64,000 bases of DNA from Octopus sinensis (taxonomy: Eukaryota). The position numbers and the translations under genes were made by a program. The notes under the pieces are model-generated. The model was not told where the DNA came from, did no database searches, and saw nothing but the letters and a program-made list of their open reading frames with translations. Below are positions 1 to 12,084 of the stretch, piece by piece. The stretch is from contig NC_043016.1 of NCBI RefSeq assembly GCF_006345805.1, positions 24,738,001 to 24,802,000 of the forward strand. Reading direction: 5' to 3'. Each line of letters opens with the position of its first letter. Positions within the stretch are counted from its first letter, which is position 1.

Positions 1-943
1 AGAAACAGTCCATTGGAAGGTTCCTTCACGCTTTTTCCATACATCAAGAGCAGAGAAGGAACAGGTTTACATTTGCATTCCTCTCACAGCTAGACTTTGT
101 AATATTCATATTTATTTCAGTCCTGCAAATATGTGTATGTATATTACACATCCACCTATTCTTAAATATGAATAGAGAATACTACTGATAATATTGATTT
201 ATTTCTTCACTGAAATACGGCAGATCAACAATGAAACTTCGCTAGAAATGACAATTAAGTTTCATAGTGTATGTAGTGTCTCAGATACAGTAGGTCAAAT
301 ATATATATGTTAAAAAGATCTATAATCATGGTAAATATATCTAGTTTGTACAAAATGCAAGTAATTTGTTTGATCTATATGTAAAAATACAGTAAGAGAC
401 TACACAAGTGTTACACATGCCAGTAGCATGGAACATAGCCCGTTCTAGGACAGAAACTTCATCTTGTAAAATGAGCTAAAAATTTCCATCCAAATTTCAT
501 GTCAATTCATGTTCCAAATACTGGCTTAATAATGGCAATTCCACCCCACCCCACCCCACCCATAAATTCCTTATTTTCAAAATTAATTGAAACAACAGCA
601 GTGTTATTTTAACAAAAATATAACAAGAGTTAAATTGTTGATGCATCACATGAAGAATAAACATAAGGGGATATAAATTTGAGAATTTGGTTGGACTGAA
701 ACCTTTGGCTCTTTTTTCAAACAGAATTGATTACTACCCTTTTATATGACTAGAACAAAACATCAGCCTTATTAAAATCTTGGCTACAATTAGTCTTGAG
801 GAAACAGCACTGCAATCTGATGGAACTTGAAACTTTACAAAAGTTAGAATTAATATAATCTCAGAAGTATCAGTGCTAGAATAAAAGATTACATACTTGT
901 ACAATGATAGTAACTGAGGTGTTTATATGCAGATGCAAATACC

Positions 944-1175
944 TATTTCTTTACTACCCACAAGGGGCTAAACACAGAGGGGACAAACAAGGACAGACAA
1001 ACGGATTAAGTCGATTATAATGACTCCAGTGCGTAACTGGTACTTATTTAATCGACCCCGAAAGGATGAAAGGCAAAGTCGACCTCGGCGGAATTTGAAC
1101 TCAGAACGTAGCGACAAACGAAATACCGCTAAGCATTTCGCCCGACGTGCTAACGCTTCTGCCAGCTCACCGCCT
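944..1175 (-). mobile_element. tRNA-derived SINE, family A (central CCTTTCATCCTTTCGGGGTCGAT domain), full length
   Basis: B-box-like GAGTTCAAATTCC and a 10-bp TSD TGCAAATACC (934-943, 1176-1185). At least 8 related copies occur in the window. The central domain resembles the MetaSINE domain from memory (unverified). Confidence 0.9.
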
Positions 1176-2779
1176 TGCAAATACCATCAAGATCTCTGTG
1201 TATGTAGTAAACCCTTTGATCACACATTAGTTCAATTCTGGATTTGATTACCTATCAATATATCTTATGTTTTCTTGCATACCATATATTTAAAAAAAAT
1301 ATATGAAATTTGATCTTGGATATTTGTTCAGCATGTAGAAAACAGTGATGTATGGTGCCAGTGTTGATCCAGTTTCATTTCGCACATGAAGCTGTTTCAC
1401 TCACATTTCATTGCTATCCAAAATATGAAGCCTTTATAATAGTCAAACCACATTTAAAATGAAAACAAATTACAAGCTGCATAATTTTGTTTTTGAGATA
1501 TTGAAAAAATCTTTGGAATAAGATGTACCCATAGGCAGTACCCATAGCTTATTTGCTGTCATGAGTTCCAACTATCAGGAATAATGAGGAGTGTAGAGGG
1601 TTAGCAAGATTAATATTTGTTATAAACCGTAATAGGGTGAAAGTCATATACCAAGAGGAAATACTAGACAAATGTGTTTGGGGGAAAAAAAGTAGTATCT
1701 ATAAGAGCAGGTAGTTTTTTAGAGTAACTGTAGGAAAATAACACTAAGAGGGAATCTATCATGACAGCAATATCTGGAAGAGTAACTATTGTTGCCAGCA
1801 GTTCTAGAAAGGAGTCATAAGGAATAATACCAGAGAAATAAGTATAGGTGTAATAGTCAATAATATTTAGAAAAGCAATAATTGTAGTAGAAGTTGGTAG
1901 AGCAAGAAAGAGAGGGGTGTGATGGGTGACAGCTCAATTGTGGGTTACTGTTTCAAGTAGATGGAGGGAAATCATAGATAGATAAAATACCAGACAGATG
2001 TGAGACTCAGGGGAAAAAAAACAAAACATTGGGCAAATTGCATGGCATACCATACTGAAGGGAGTGACGACAGTAATATAAAGTTGACAATGTTCAGAAA
2101 ATTTGGGAATATTATACTAGTTAGTTGTAAAGTGAAGACAAGGAAAAATTTGTTGGAGGAGTCATAGATCTCATTGAGTCTGTTAGTAAGCAAAGACTTG
2201 CTTAGCATATATCTCTTCTTGGGTGTGGCCTAGAATGTTAATGTATAGAAGAAATGACATTTTGAAAGGCTTAGTAACTATAGAGCAGCCTTGGTTATGT
2301 AGGGCATTGTGAGAGGGTGCTAGTGACTGACTGCCAGGTAAACTATTTATAAGGGACTTACGATGGTTTTAGCTGTATTGTTCACAAGTGAACGAAGTAA
2401 AGGGATGTAGTGTTGTCATCTGTTGGTTTTAGTTTATGGAAAGGTTATTTATTTATTTTTATGGACCAAGCTGAAGATATGCCAGCACATGGTGATACTG
2501 CATATGAATGGAGCTTGTGTATAGTATAGCTTGTCGAGTCATCATTAACTTAGGCGGTTGTCTCATGACATCACGAGCATAACAGCAGGGTAAGGGAGAA
2601 AGATGGAATATGATGAAAACTGGTCAAAAAACATCTTATTTAGTTCAGTTGTCACATTGTAGAAATCTCAGTTATGAGATAATGCATAATTAATTCAAAA
2701 CAATCTGAATAAATAGCATTACATTTGACAGAGTATTCTGAATATGAACAGGTTAATGATGAGAGGTGTCTGTCTGTAG

Positions 2780-3900
2780 GCAGCTTTGTTAAGTTTCTAA
2801 TGCCAATAAAAGAATTTATTGATGTCAAAAGCAAAATATAACTTTCAAAGTTATTGAGAACTACTCAATCAAATATGGTGGATGACTGAGTAAATTATTT
2901 AAGTAAATAAACTGGAAGATTTTATGGTAAAATAAAAGACAGAACAGAGAATCTTAAATTCCTCAGGTTTTACTTTTTGTGAAGCTGTTTACAAGTGTCA
3001 AATATCAGTCCTGATACTTCATACCAGTTATCAAGGGTATTTTCAATTTTTTGTGAAGATGCAAATGTGGGGCAAATATTAAGAGCAAGGAACATTAGAA
3101 GACTCAGTGCTCTATAACAGATTGTGGGTGATAATAATGTCAACTCTAATCAAGTAAGCCAACCATGGCTTCTCATATTTTCAGATGACATGTCTTTTTT
3201 TTTTAAGATGTAGTTTGAAGATAATTTAATTTATATCTAACAGGCAGATTGAGAGACAATCTAGAGGATCCTGTGTAAATTCATGGATACTGTCAGTGAC
3301 AGAGAGAAACATGTAGGCAGTAAGATTTTTTTCCTCCAAGACTTTGGCATGTTTAAATCTATATTATTTATATATAGACCTGTGCTGTGGAGGAAGAGAA
3401 AATTGTATTTCAATACTCAATTGGAAGTCAGTAACCTATGCTATGATTTGAGCTACCATGTACTTAGAGACCAGGCATATTCACATCATGAACTGAAATG
3501 TGTGAAATCTACATTATTAGGCATTTTTAAATATGCTTCTTAAGCCTCCAATATGTTTACAAATTCATTGAAGCCATTTGGGAAAATGTTATATTCTTAC
3601 AGTCATTCAGATTATTAGCACATCAAGAATCTGGGTTTCTTTTCACTTAAAACCTTTGGCCCAGAAGATTGTCATATGATGGTTTTTACTAATATTTATG
3701 ACTAAGGATGTAATGGTGTTTTTACACATTTCAGAGCTATTATCACAAACATCTTGATATTTATCAAACTGCTAACACCAAAGCAACTATTCTAGAATAA
3801 CAGATCTCTCTGTTCCAACTCACTTTTGTTTCAGTGCCCACTTAGCTACACAGGTTACCTCCACATTATTCTAGAAGGATTTTATTTTTCAAATTGGGAA
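2780..3900 (+). mobile_element. Highly decayed CR1/L2-type LINE RT remnant
   Basis: LLIFSDDMS at about 3169-3195 (decayed YADD). The downstream DLSYH...KSTLLGIF and SRITRSL-like stretches follow the order expected in a CR1 ORF2. Confidence 0.45.
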
Positions 3901-4572
3901 AATAATTGAAAGAGAATAAAAATAGAGGAAGCAATGGAAAATAGATTAAACAATTCTAATGAAAGAATATTTTATTCATATCTCAACAAATTCTTAGAAG
4001 ATTAAATTTAGCAATGATGTTCTTCAGAAACATGCAAGGAAGAGATAAAAATAAACACTACAAAAAACAAGGATCTTAACCAATAAACTAAAAAGAAGAG
4101 GGGGGAAAAGAGTCTAAAAATGTTACTTTAAGAAATAAAGTATTAAAGGAATAAGCAAAATTTTAATCATTATTTATACATAGAAAACAACCAATGCACT
4201 CATACACAAATATGCACACAAATACGCCAAAATAAATTTGAACACAAGATGATTAACTTCAATCAATCAAGTTTAGTTTTAAAAGTTCAGACTATTATAT
4301 TAAAGACAGAAATAAATTTTTTAAATTACTGAACAAAATATGATTTTCTATTAAAAGAGGTTTTGTTTTTTTTAATCAAAAATTATATCTGAACAAGCAG
4401 AACTTTGAAAAAAAGAATGAAAAGTAAAGATTAATTACAATAACGAATTAATTGAAAAAAGATATATATATATATGTATGTATATATATATATATATATG
4501 GAAACGTACCATGCAAAATAATTTAATAAAGAAATTAGTAGCAAAGAGCCTATTCTACTAAAAGATGCTTAC

Positions 4573-4584
4573 CTCAATAAATAT
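4573..4584 (-). CDS. Candidate 12-nt microexon ATATTTATTGAG (IFIE in phase 0, or xYLLR/S in phase 2)
   Basis: Acceptor cattttatttttcTGCttttatcag| and consensus donor AG|GTAAGC. The length preserves frame. Confidence 0.5.
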
Positions 4585-5179
4585 CTGATAAAAGCAGAAA
4601 AATAAAATGTTTAAAAACAATGTCAGGATTGTTAAACTTTGATAAATGTATAATGTCCCATTAGAAGATATAAGAAAAATTTAAAAAACAAAAACATTCA
4701 TTCAAGCAGATTAAATAAATTGCCTTTTAATTAAATTTGTTCTGACTGTTCCACACACACACACACACACACAGACACAGACACATAACCTGTAATGTGA
4801 AAATTAGAATTAGAAATCAAGAAGCACGAACCTCTAATAGAATATACAGACACTTTGCAAATACAAAATATTCACCAAACAAATACATATACACACACAC
4901 ACACTTTCCATATATAATTACATGTATTATGCATACATACACACATACAGAAGTTAAATATTCTGTAATGTGAAAATTCAGTGCTTCAATTCAAGAAGCT
5001 TCAGCTAATAAAATATACATGCTTCATATATGGAGTATTCTCTCACTCCAGATATAAACACAGACACTGACCTAGCCATTTCCCTTTACAAATGTTACTC
5101 ATACTTAGAACTTTAGATTCAATAATGATGGTCACCTGTTACAAACAGATTTTTATAATTACATGCACGCACATGAATT

Positions 5180-5257
<78 letters not shown>

Positions 5258-5984
5258 ATGTGTGCGTGTGTGCATGTGTATGCTTGCATACCTCTGTGTA
5301 CGTGTGGATCCAAAAGCATCCACACACAAACAAACAAAATGCAAAAGATCATTGCAATATAATTTGTGGTATGTCACTTCTCAAAAATATTTTTCAGGTT
5401 TTAACCAAGAAATAGTTTCTACTTACATTTATTCAAAGCAATGACATAGGACAAGTTTAAGAATAATTTTAAACAAAGATAATGTTGACAATAGATAAAA
5501 GACAACTAAACTCTATTAAAAAGGGTTGTAAGCCTAATGATAAGCATTAAAAATAGATTTTAATTAAGAGTTTTAGGTAGGCTGTAACAGGATTTAAAAA
5601 AGATTATCCTAGCAACCTACTTGAATAGAAATAATAAATGACGTTTTGGATTATCCCAAGTTCTACTTTCCCACTATCCCCCACTTCACTCACCCTATCA
5701 GCCACCCACCTACCCACATACATGCACACACACACACACAAAATTCTGACATATCTTAGAAGTATTATAGTTCATCTAAAAGTCGGGGAAAAAATATATT
5801 TTAGCGATTCTTCTAACAAAAGAAAAGTTGGAATTTTAAGTAGATAATTTAAGTATTCCAACTTTCATTGTGAGGTGTATGTGTGTGTGTATATATATGT
5901 GTGTGTGTGTGTATGTATAATATGTATACATATATACAAAACACAAACACATACACATCCTACATATATAATATTCTTTCATAC

Positions 5985-6046
5985 ATTTCAACCATACAAC
6001 TGTAGTCGTGCTGGAGTACCAGAGTGAAATATATATTTTTGTGTCC
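5985..6046 (-). CDS. Possible 62-nt exon (phase 0-2): GHKNIYFTLVLQHDYSCMVE
   Basis: Acceptor ttatttatactgcag| and donor AT|GTATGA. It is frame-compatible with the 6887 exon upstream and the 4573 microexon downstream, but no homology is recognised. Confidence 0.25.
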
Positions 6047-6538
6047 CTGCAGTATAAATAATTTGTTCTCATCTAATAAGGTTCTTTGTAATTTCTAGAG
6101 AGCTAAAACTCTACTTGACTGGACTTCATTTTTTCCATTTCTCTTTACTCAGTACAAAATTTGCAGAAAGTGACATATTCCCTCCCAAATAAGAGGTACT
6201 GTGCCAAAGTTAGAAAATATTATTATTGATTATTACTATAATTGTCATCATTTTTTTATATATATATATATAAGCTTAAGACAGTACAACAAATACTTTT
6301 TTGTTTCCTAAGACAAAAAAAGAAAACACAAAAAAACTTCATTCTGTCTGTCTAGTCTGGGTTTCTATCAGCAAGTAAAAAGAAAAAAAAAAAAAAAAAT
6401 CAATAGTTTTAGTCATAACAGTTGCTATTGGCATTCATGTTACACATATCTACGTGATAACTATTATAATGATGTAAATAAGTCAATTCATAGATTTCTT
6501 CCTTGTCTTGTACATGCTGAAAGTGTGTATGTATATGT

Positions 6539-6576
<38 letters not shown>

Positions 6577-6886
6577 ACACAAAATAAATAAATGTGGATG
6601 TGTGAGTATATGTGAATGCAAGTATGGGTGTGGTTAAACTGAAAGTACTAACCGGTTTTGATGCCGAGTCATTCATGCTTTCTAACAGCTTGTTAGTTTA
6701 TTGATGTAAAAATAATAATAATAATAATAAAGAGAAAAAATGCAACGTTATAATTGTTTCTTTAAATCGAAATGATACAGAGAGAACATTTGTCCTCTTC
6801 AGTAGCCCTCCCATTTCACATTTGCCTGATCTATAAGACAAGACAAAGTACAAACTTAAATATTAGTCAATATTCAAAATCCATAC

Positions 6887-6939
6887 AAGATGGACAAGTT
6901 GTGCTTCAAGTACATGGAACAATACGTTGTCAATGGATC
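6887..6939 (-). CDS. Possible 53-nt exon (phase 1-0): SIDNVLFHVLEAQLVHL
   Basis: Strong acceptor ttttttttttttctttctattatttattgcag| and weak donor TT|GTATGG. The frame is open. Confidence 0.35.
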
Positions 6940-8552
6940 CTGCAATAAATAATAGAAAGAAAAAAAAAAAACTTTTCTGCAAATAATGATTTCCAATGAC
7001 TCACTAAAAGCAATAGCATTTGTATTTGCTCTTACTTAGGGGACATAATCGGCACTGGGTGGAGCAAGAATAACGCTGTGCTTTGTTTGCATACACACAT
7101 AATGGGATCTTCTGTTTTAGATACAACGATGCTATTTCTTTTGAAAGTAAATAGAAACACAGTCGTTGAACTTGAAGTGTGTGTGCATGCATATGCAACT
7201 ATTACTTATTTCCAGGAAGAGGAAATGGAAAAATGTATTGCAAGAGTGGTTAATCTTAAATTGTTAAGACAGCAAACAAAAGTACAGTGGTAACAAGTAG
7301 TTCAGCTATTTTACTACAAGTAGACCAGCTGTTTTACTGTCTGTGTCATTAGCATCATTTATTTACTCCTTTATTTTCAGATAGGCACAAAAACAATTTT
7401 TACAAGTGAGGGGCCAAGTTGATTGTAATGTGGCAAAATATTACAGAATTTATCAATTTCGAATGAGTGAAAATCAAAATCACACCCGAATATACTGAAG
7501 GACAAAACTATGTAGCATTTAATATAGTATTAATTACCTAACTGAAAAATATAAATAGTAAATTAACAAAAAAAAAAAAAAACCTTAGCTTAAACGACTA
7601 TTATTATTTTATCACTTAAGCAAGTATGGGAAACAACTGTAGACATGTTTCAATATTCTGAAACCTCCTCAGTAAAACAGATTTCACCATAATTGCAAGA
7701 TACTGAATCACTAAGTAAATATTATAAACCAGTAGGCATGAAAAATTAGTATATTTCAAAACCTAAAGCACTGAAGTTAATTACTTGGAGATGCCATCTG
7801 CATGAGAAATAATAGTTAAATTACTGTTAACATATTTAATATGAGAATTTAATACATAATTAGCTCAATGACTATTACTTTAACAGTTTTGGCAAGTACT
7901 GAGGAGGTTTAATAAGACCAAAGCATGTTTCTGGCACTTGTTGAAATGATTAATTTGTGATACTTCATCATGTAATCTAAGTATTTGATGCTCACTACAT
8001 TGAAGATCGTATAAGTTAGTTTCTACCAAATCCTTGCCTTTCCATAAGCAATAATGATACAAAAAAAAAAAAGAACCCTTTATTACACACATTAAAAGCA
8101 AACCCTGTATATACAGTATACACAGAGCATTCAGTCGAGCTATGATGAACAACATGTGCAATTACTTGAAAGAATCCCAGCATAATTTGAAAGTCACATG
8201 CAAGTCTGAAAAACTAGCAGGTTCAACAAATGGAGCATGATAGAAGCTTACAATATTATACAAAATTCAGATATATTTATAGCTACTAATCTCGGAAATG
8301 TTGCAGTTTGGGTTGTTTACAAAAGCTGGATTTATCATCAGGCACATAAATTAAAACTTCTAGGTAACTTTAAAAATAAAATAACACCAGTTTTCCACAA
8401 ACTTTCTGACTGTGTCTACAAGCCTAGACCAACATTGCTGTTCCCATTTCTAAAATGATTTCTTATAATATGGTTTAAACACAAATTTAAATATATCAAG
8501 TATATAATTAGATAAAAGCCAGAGGTTAATTTAGTCATGCCAAAACATTCTT

Positions 8553-8850
8553 AATGGCCCAGTGGTTAGGGCAGCGGACTCGCGATTAGGGGATTGCAGT
8601 TTCAATTCCCAGGCTGGGCATTGTGAGAGTTTATTGAGTAAAAACACTTAAAGCTCCACAAGGCTTCGGCAGGGGGTGGTGGCAATCCCTGTTGTACTCT
8701 TTCGCCCCAACTTTCTCTCACTCTCTCTTCCCGTTTCTTGAGTAATGCCGCGATGGACTGGCATCCCATCCAGCTGGGGGGAATACATACACCACAGAAA
8801 CCAGGCCCATGAGTCTGGCTAGGCTTGAAAAGGGCGAAAAGAAAAGAAGA
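8553..8850 (+). mobile_element. tRNA-derived SINE with a V-SINE-like tail (gatggactggcatcccatccag)
   Basis: A-box tggcccagtggttagggc and B-box-like gtttcaattccc. The head is shared with 59364-59745. Confidence 0.75.
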
Positions 8851-9668
8851 AAACATTCCTAACACAAAGCAAATATTTGATTTGAGATCTTACAAAAAAA
8901 TAAATAAAAATGTTCAATTGGACATTAATAATCATCATCATATCTTAACATCTACTTTACCAGACTTGCATGAACCAGATAAGATGTTGAGACACTTTTG
9001 TACAGCCAGATACTCTTCCTGTCATTGACCCTCACCTGTTTCTAAGCAAGGTAATATTTCCTCTTGTCTATCAAACAAATAGCCCAGACATGCAATTGAA
9101 GAGGATTACAAACAAATAACACTATTTACATGAAAAGTAACTGTGTTTACAATCAGAGTGCATAAGACAAGGGGAATACAGGCTATCTCTTACACACGCA
9201 TATCTATACATACACACAAAACACAGTTTCCATTTACAAAATTTCACTCATAAGCTATTGGTCAACTTGCAATCATAGTAGAGGACACCAGCCGGTAATG
9301 TTCACATATCGAGAACAAATCTCAATCCACATGGTTCCCAAATGAGCTTCCTAACTGTGTACCTACACCTGTACCAAATGGACATTAATATACACAGTAT
9401 CGTGTACCTTAATGATTTTGTTATCAGCTTAATCTAATTTAATATGAAAAGCAATGTCAGATTATGTTTAGTTTGAAGTTCAGAAAGAATGCAGAATTGA
9501 ACCAGAAGAAATGAGTTATGTGTTGAGGTGTAAGGTGCAGAGCCTTTTGTGGAGTCCACTCAGTTGTAAGAAGGAAGAAAGACAGGATTTATGAAAAAAT
9601 GGTACACAGAGTTAGCAAATTCAGGGATAGAAATCTTAGTTATGATAGAAAGACTTAGTAAGAAATAA

Positions 9669-9899
9669 GGCGTTGAGCCGGCAGAAACGTTAACACGTCA
9701 GGCAAAATGCTTAGTGGTATTTCGTCTGTCATTACGTTCTGAGTTCAAATTCCGCCGAGGTCAACTTAGCTTTTCATCCTTTCGGGTTCAATTAAATAAG
9801 TACCAGTTACGCACTGAGGTCGATGTAATTGACTTAATCCCTTTGTCTGTCCTTGTTTGTCCCCTCTATGTTTAACCCCTTGTGGGCAGTAAAGAAACA
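9669..9899 (+). mobile_element. SINE family A, full length
   Basis: Same consensus as 944-1175 in the opposite orientation, with a ~22-bp TSD AGAAAGACTTAG(T/A)AAGAAATAA. Confidence 0.9.
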
Positions 9900-11883
9900 A
9901 GAAAGACTTAGAAAGAAATAATAATAAAGAGAGCTAAATAAAGAACTGACCAAATAAGTCTATGTGATAGAACTATCTTAGATGTGGAAGCAATATTCTG
10001 GTGTATCTAATATTTGTACAAAGTATGTTGTCAACAACTTTATTCTGGCCTTGAAAAGGAAATCTCACCTTTGTGATGCAGTGAAAGGAATGTGAAATAT
10101 GCTAAGTCATCATAAGAATTCAAGAGACGATTAAACCAAATACCTGTACCATGGAGCGTGCACACATGTTTGTGTGTGTGATGATTTTAGTTGTGATTTG
10201 TTATTGTCTTATGGATATAATTGAGCTGCTAATCTGGGTATCTAAAACTCTCTTCCTCACCCTTCTCCACACAAATTTCCATCAAATAAAAATTGCTGGA
10301 CAAGTATGGCTATGTGGTTAAGAAGTTTGCTACATGGCTCCAGGTTCAGTCCCACTGCATGATACAGTGGCTAGCACCCTCTACTATAGCCTTGAGCTGA
10401 CCAATGCCTTGTGAATGGAATTTGGTAGTCACAAACTGAAAGAAGCTCATCATATATATGTTAGAATCTCTGTCTTGATATTGCATGACAGATGTAAAAG
10501 AGTGTTACTGTCCTACAAATGGCATCCTTTGTTTCCAATCTTCCATGAAAAATATGTCTGGCCAGTGAGAATTATTACCTTACTTAGAAAGAGGTGAGAG
10601 TTGATAATAGGAAGGATATCCAGACATAGAAATTCTGCCACAATGAATTCCATCCAAACCATGCAAAGATGTAAAAAATGAACATTAAAAACCAACAAAA
10701 ATAATGATGATGATGATGATAACTGACAGGAACGCAAAATTAAACAGCAATAACATAGTATCAATGCTATTACTTCACTATTGACTACTTAGCCATCAGA
10801 ACATCTCAGCTAATCAATAATGCCCTTTGAGATATAGTGTCTCGACATCCACCTATAATAGAAAGTTCTAGTAAATAATTTATTGCTGAAGGTAACACTT
10901 TTATGCCTGTTTTTTTTTTGTTTTTTTTTTTTTAAACATAATGACATTAGCAGGATATGTTTACAGAAACCAAATAAACCTTCCTCATTTTGGACTGCAT
11001 AATTGCCTCTGTAATACCAGAGTTCACAAATCAGTAATATCTGTTCTTTCACTGCGAATAAATATTTTTACCCCCCCCCTTTTAATCCTCCATTTACGTC
11101 ATCCGACCAAATATCTGCTTGTCTTCTGAATCACTTATCTTTGCTTGCATTCAGTTTTTCTCTCATCTAAGCACTGCACATCTAATTCCTCTTTAGAGAA
11201 TTCAAACTCCTAGTATACACTATCTTACATATTATCCCACTGCTTAGTCTGCTCTGAGAGGGAAGGAGGGAGAAAGAGAGGGACTGACAAACAGAACAAG
11301 AAACATTTTGCTTCTTGCAGAAAGAAGTAGATTATGGAATATCTTACATGTACCTCAAACTGAACATTACCACTTATATATAGAAGATATCTTTTACTGA
11401 AAGCAAGTCAACCAAGAAATTCAGAGACATGGTTTATGATTCATATTCCAGTCTAATTTAATTGATATACTTAAAAGAATGGTTAATTTTTCTGAGCTGA
11501 CTAAAGACATATTCCATCAACTAAGAACTCACTAATGAAGCTGGTAATTTGTTTCTTAGACAATGCACCAGACTACATCCTTCATGCAGTCAGTCTCTAA
11601 TACAGTAGCTTAGTTTTGGCTATGCTCACTTTCATGTCTTTGGTTCAATTCAACACAACTCCAAGAAAATGCTAAATAATTGAAAAACATCTGAAGAACA
11701 GCTAAAACTTAACTGAAAAGTCAGAAATTATGGAGACATTAAATAATCCACAAAAAACAACTACTGAAAACATAATTTGGATAATCAAAAGAATTATCGC
11801 TATATGACTAATAAAAGTCTAAAAAAATTGTGCATTTTGATTTGGCCTCCATTGACTGAGTTAGCAAAATCAGTATCAGTAAT

Positions 11884-12084
11884 TTATTGCTTTCAAATTT
11901 TGGCACAAGGCCAGAAATTGGGCAGGGGGAGTAAGTTGATTATTTTCACCCCTGTGGTCAACTGGTACTTATTTTATTAACTCCAAAAGGATGAAAGGAA
12001 AAGCTGACCTCAGCAGAATTTGAACTCAGATTGTAAAAATGCTACTAAGCCTGATGTGCTAATGATTCTGCCAGCTCCTCACCT
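11884..12084 (-). mobile_element. SINE family A variant (alternative 3' tail)
   Basis: Family A head and central domain, with a 13-bp TSD CAGTATCAGTAAT (11871-11883, 12085-12097). Confidence 0.85.

Noticed and set aside
3859-3870. Second 12-nt AG/GT-bounded segment on the minus strand (AATAATGTGGAG)
   Set aside because: It has a purine-rich upstream tract and lies within a decayed CR1 remnant.
8553-8630. tRNA-like A/B boxes here and at other SINE heads
   Set aside because: They run into SINE bodies and do not form a full cloverleaf, so they are not tRNA genes.
8166-11700. Other AG...GT bounded open segments on the minus strand (8166-8205, 10965-11051, about 11340-11398, about 11620-11680)
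   Set aside because: Such short open segments arise by chance in AT-rich introns. They have no recognisable homology and no unique consistent phase chain.
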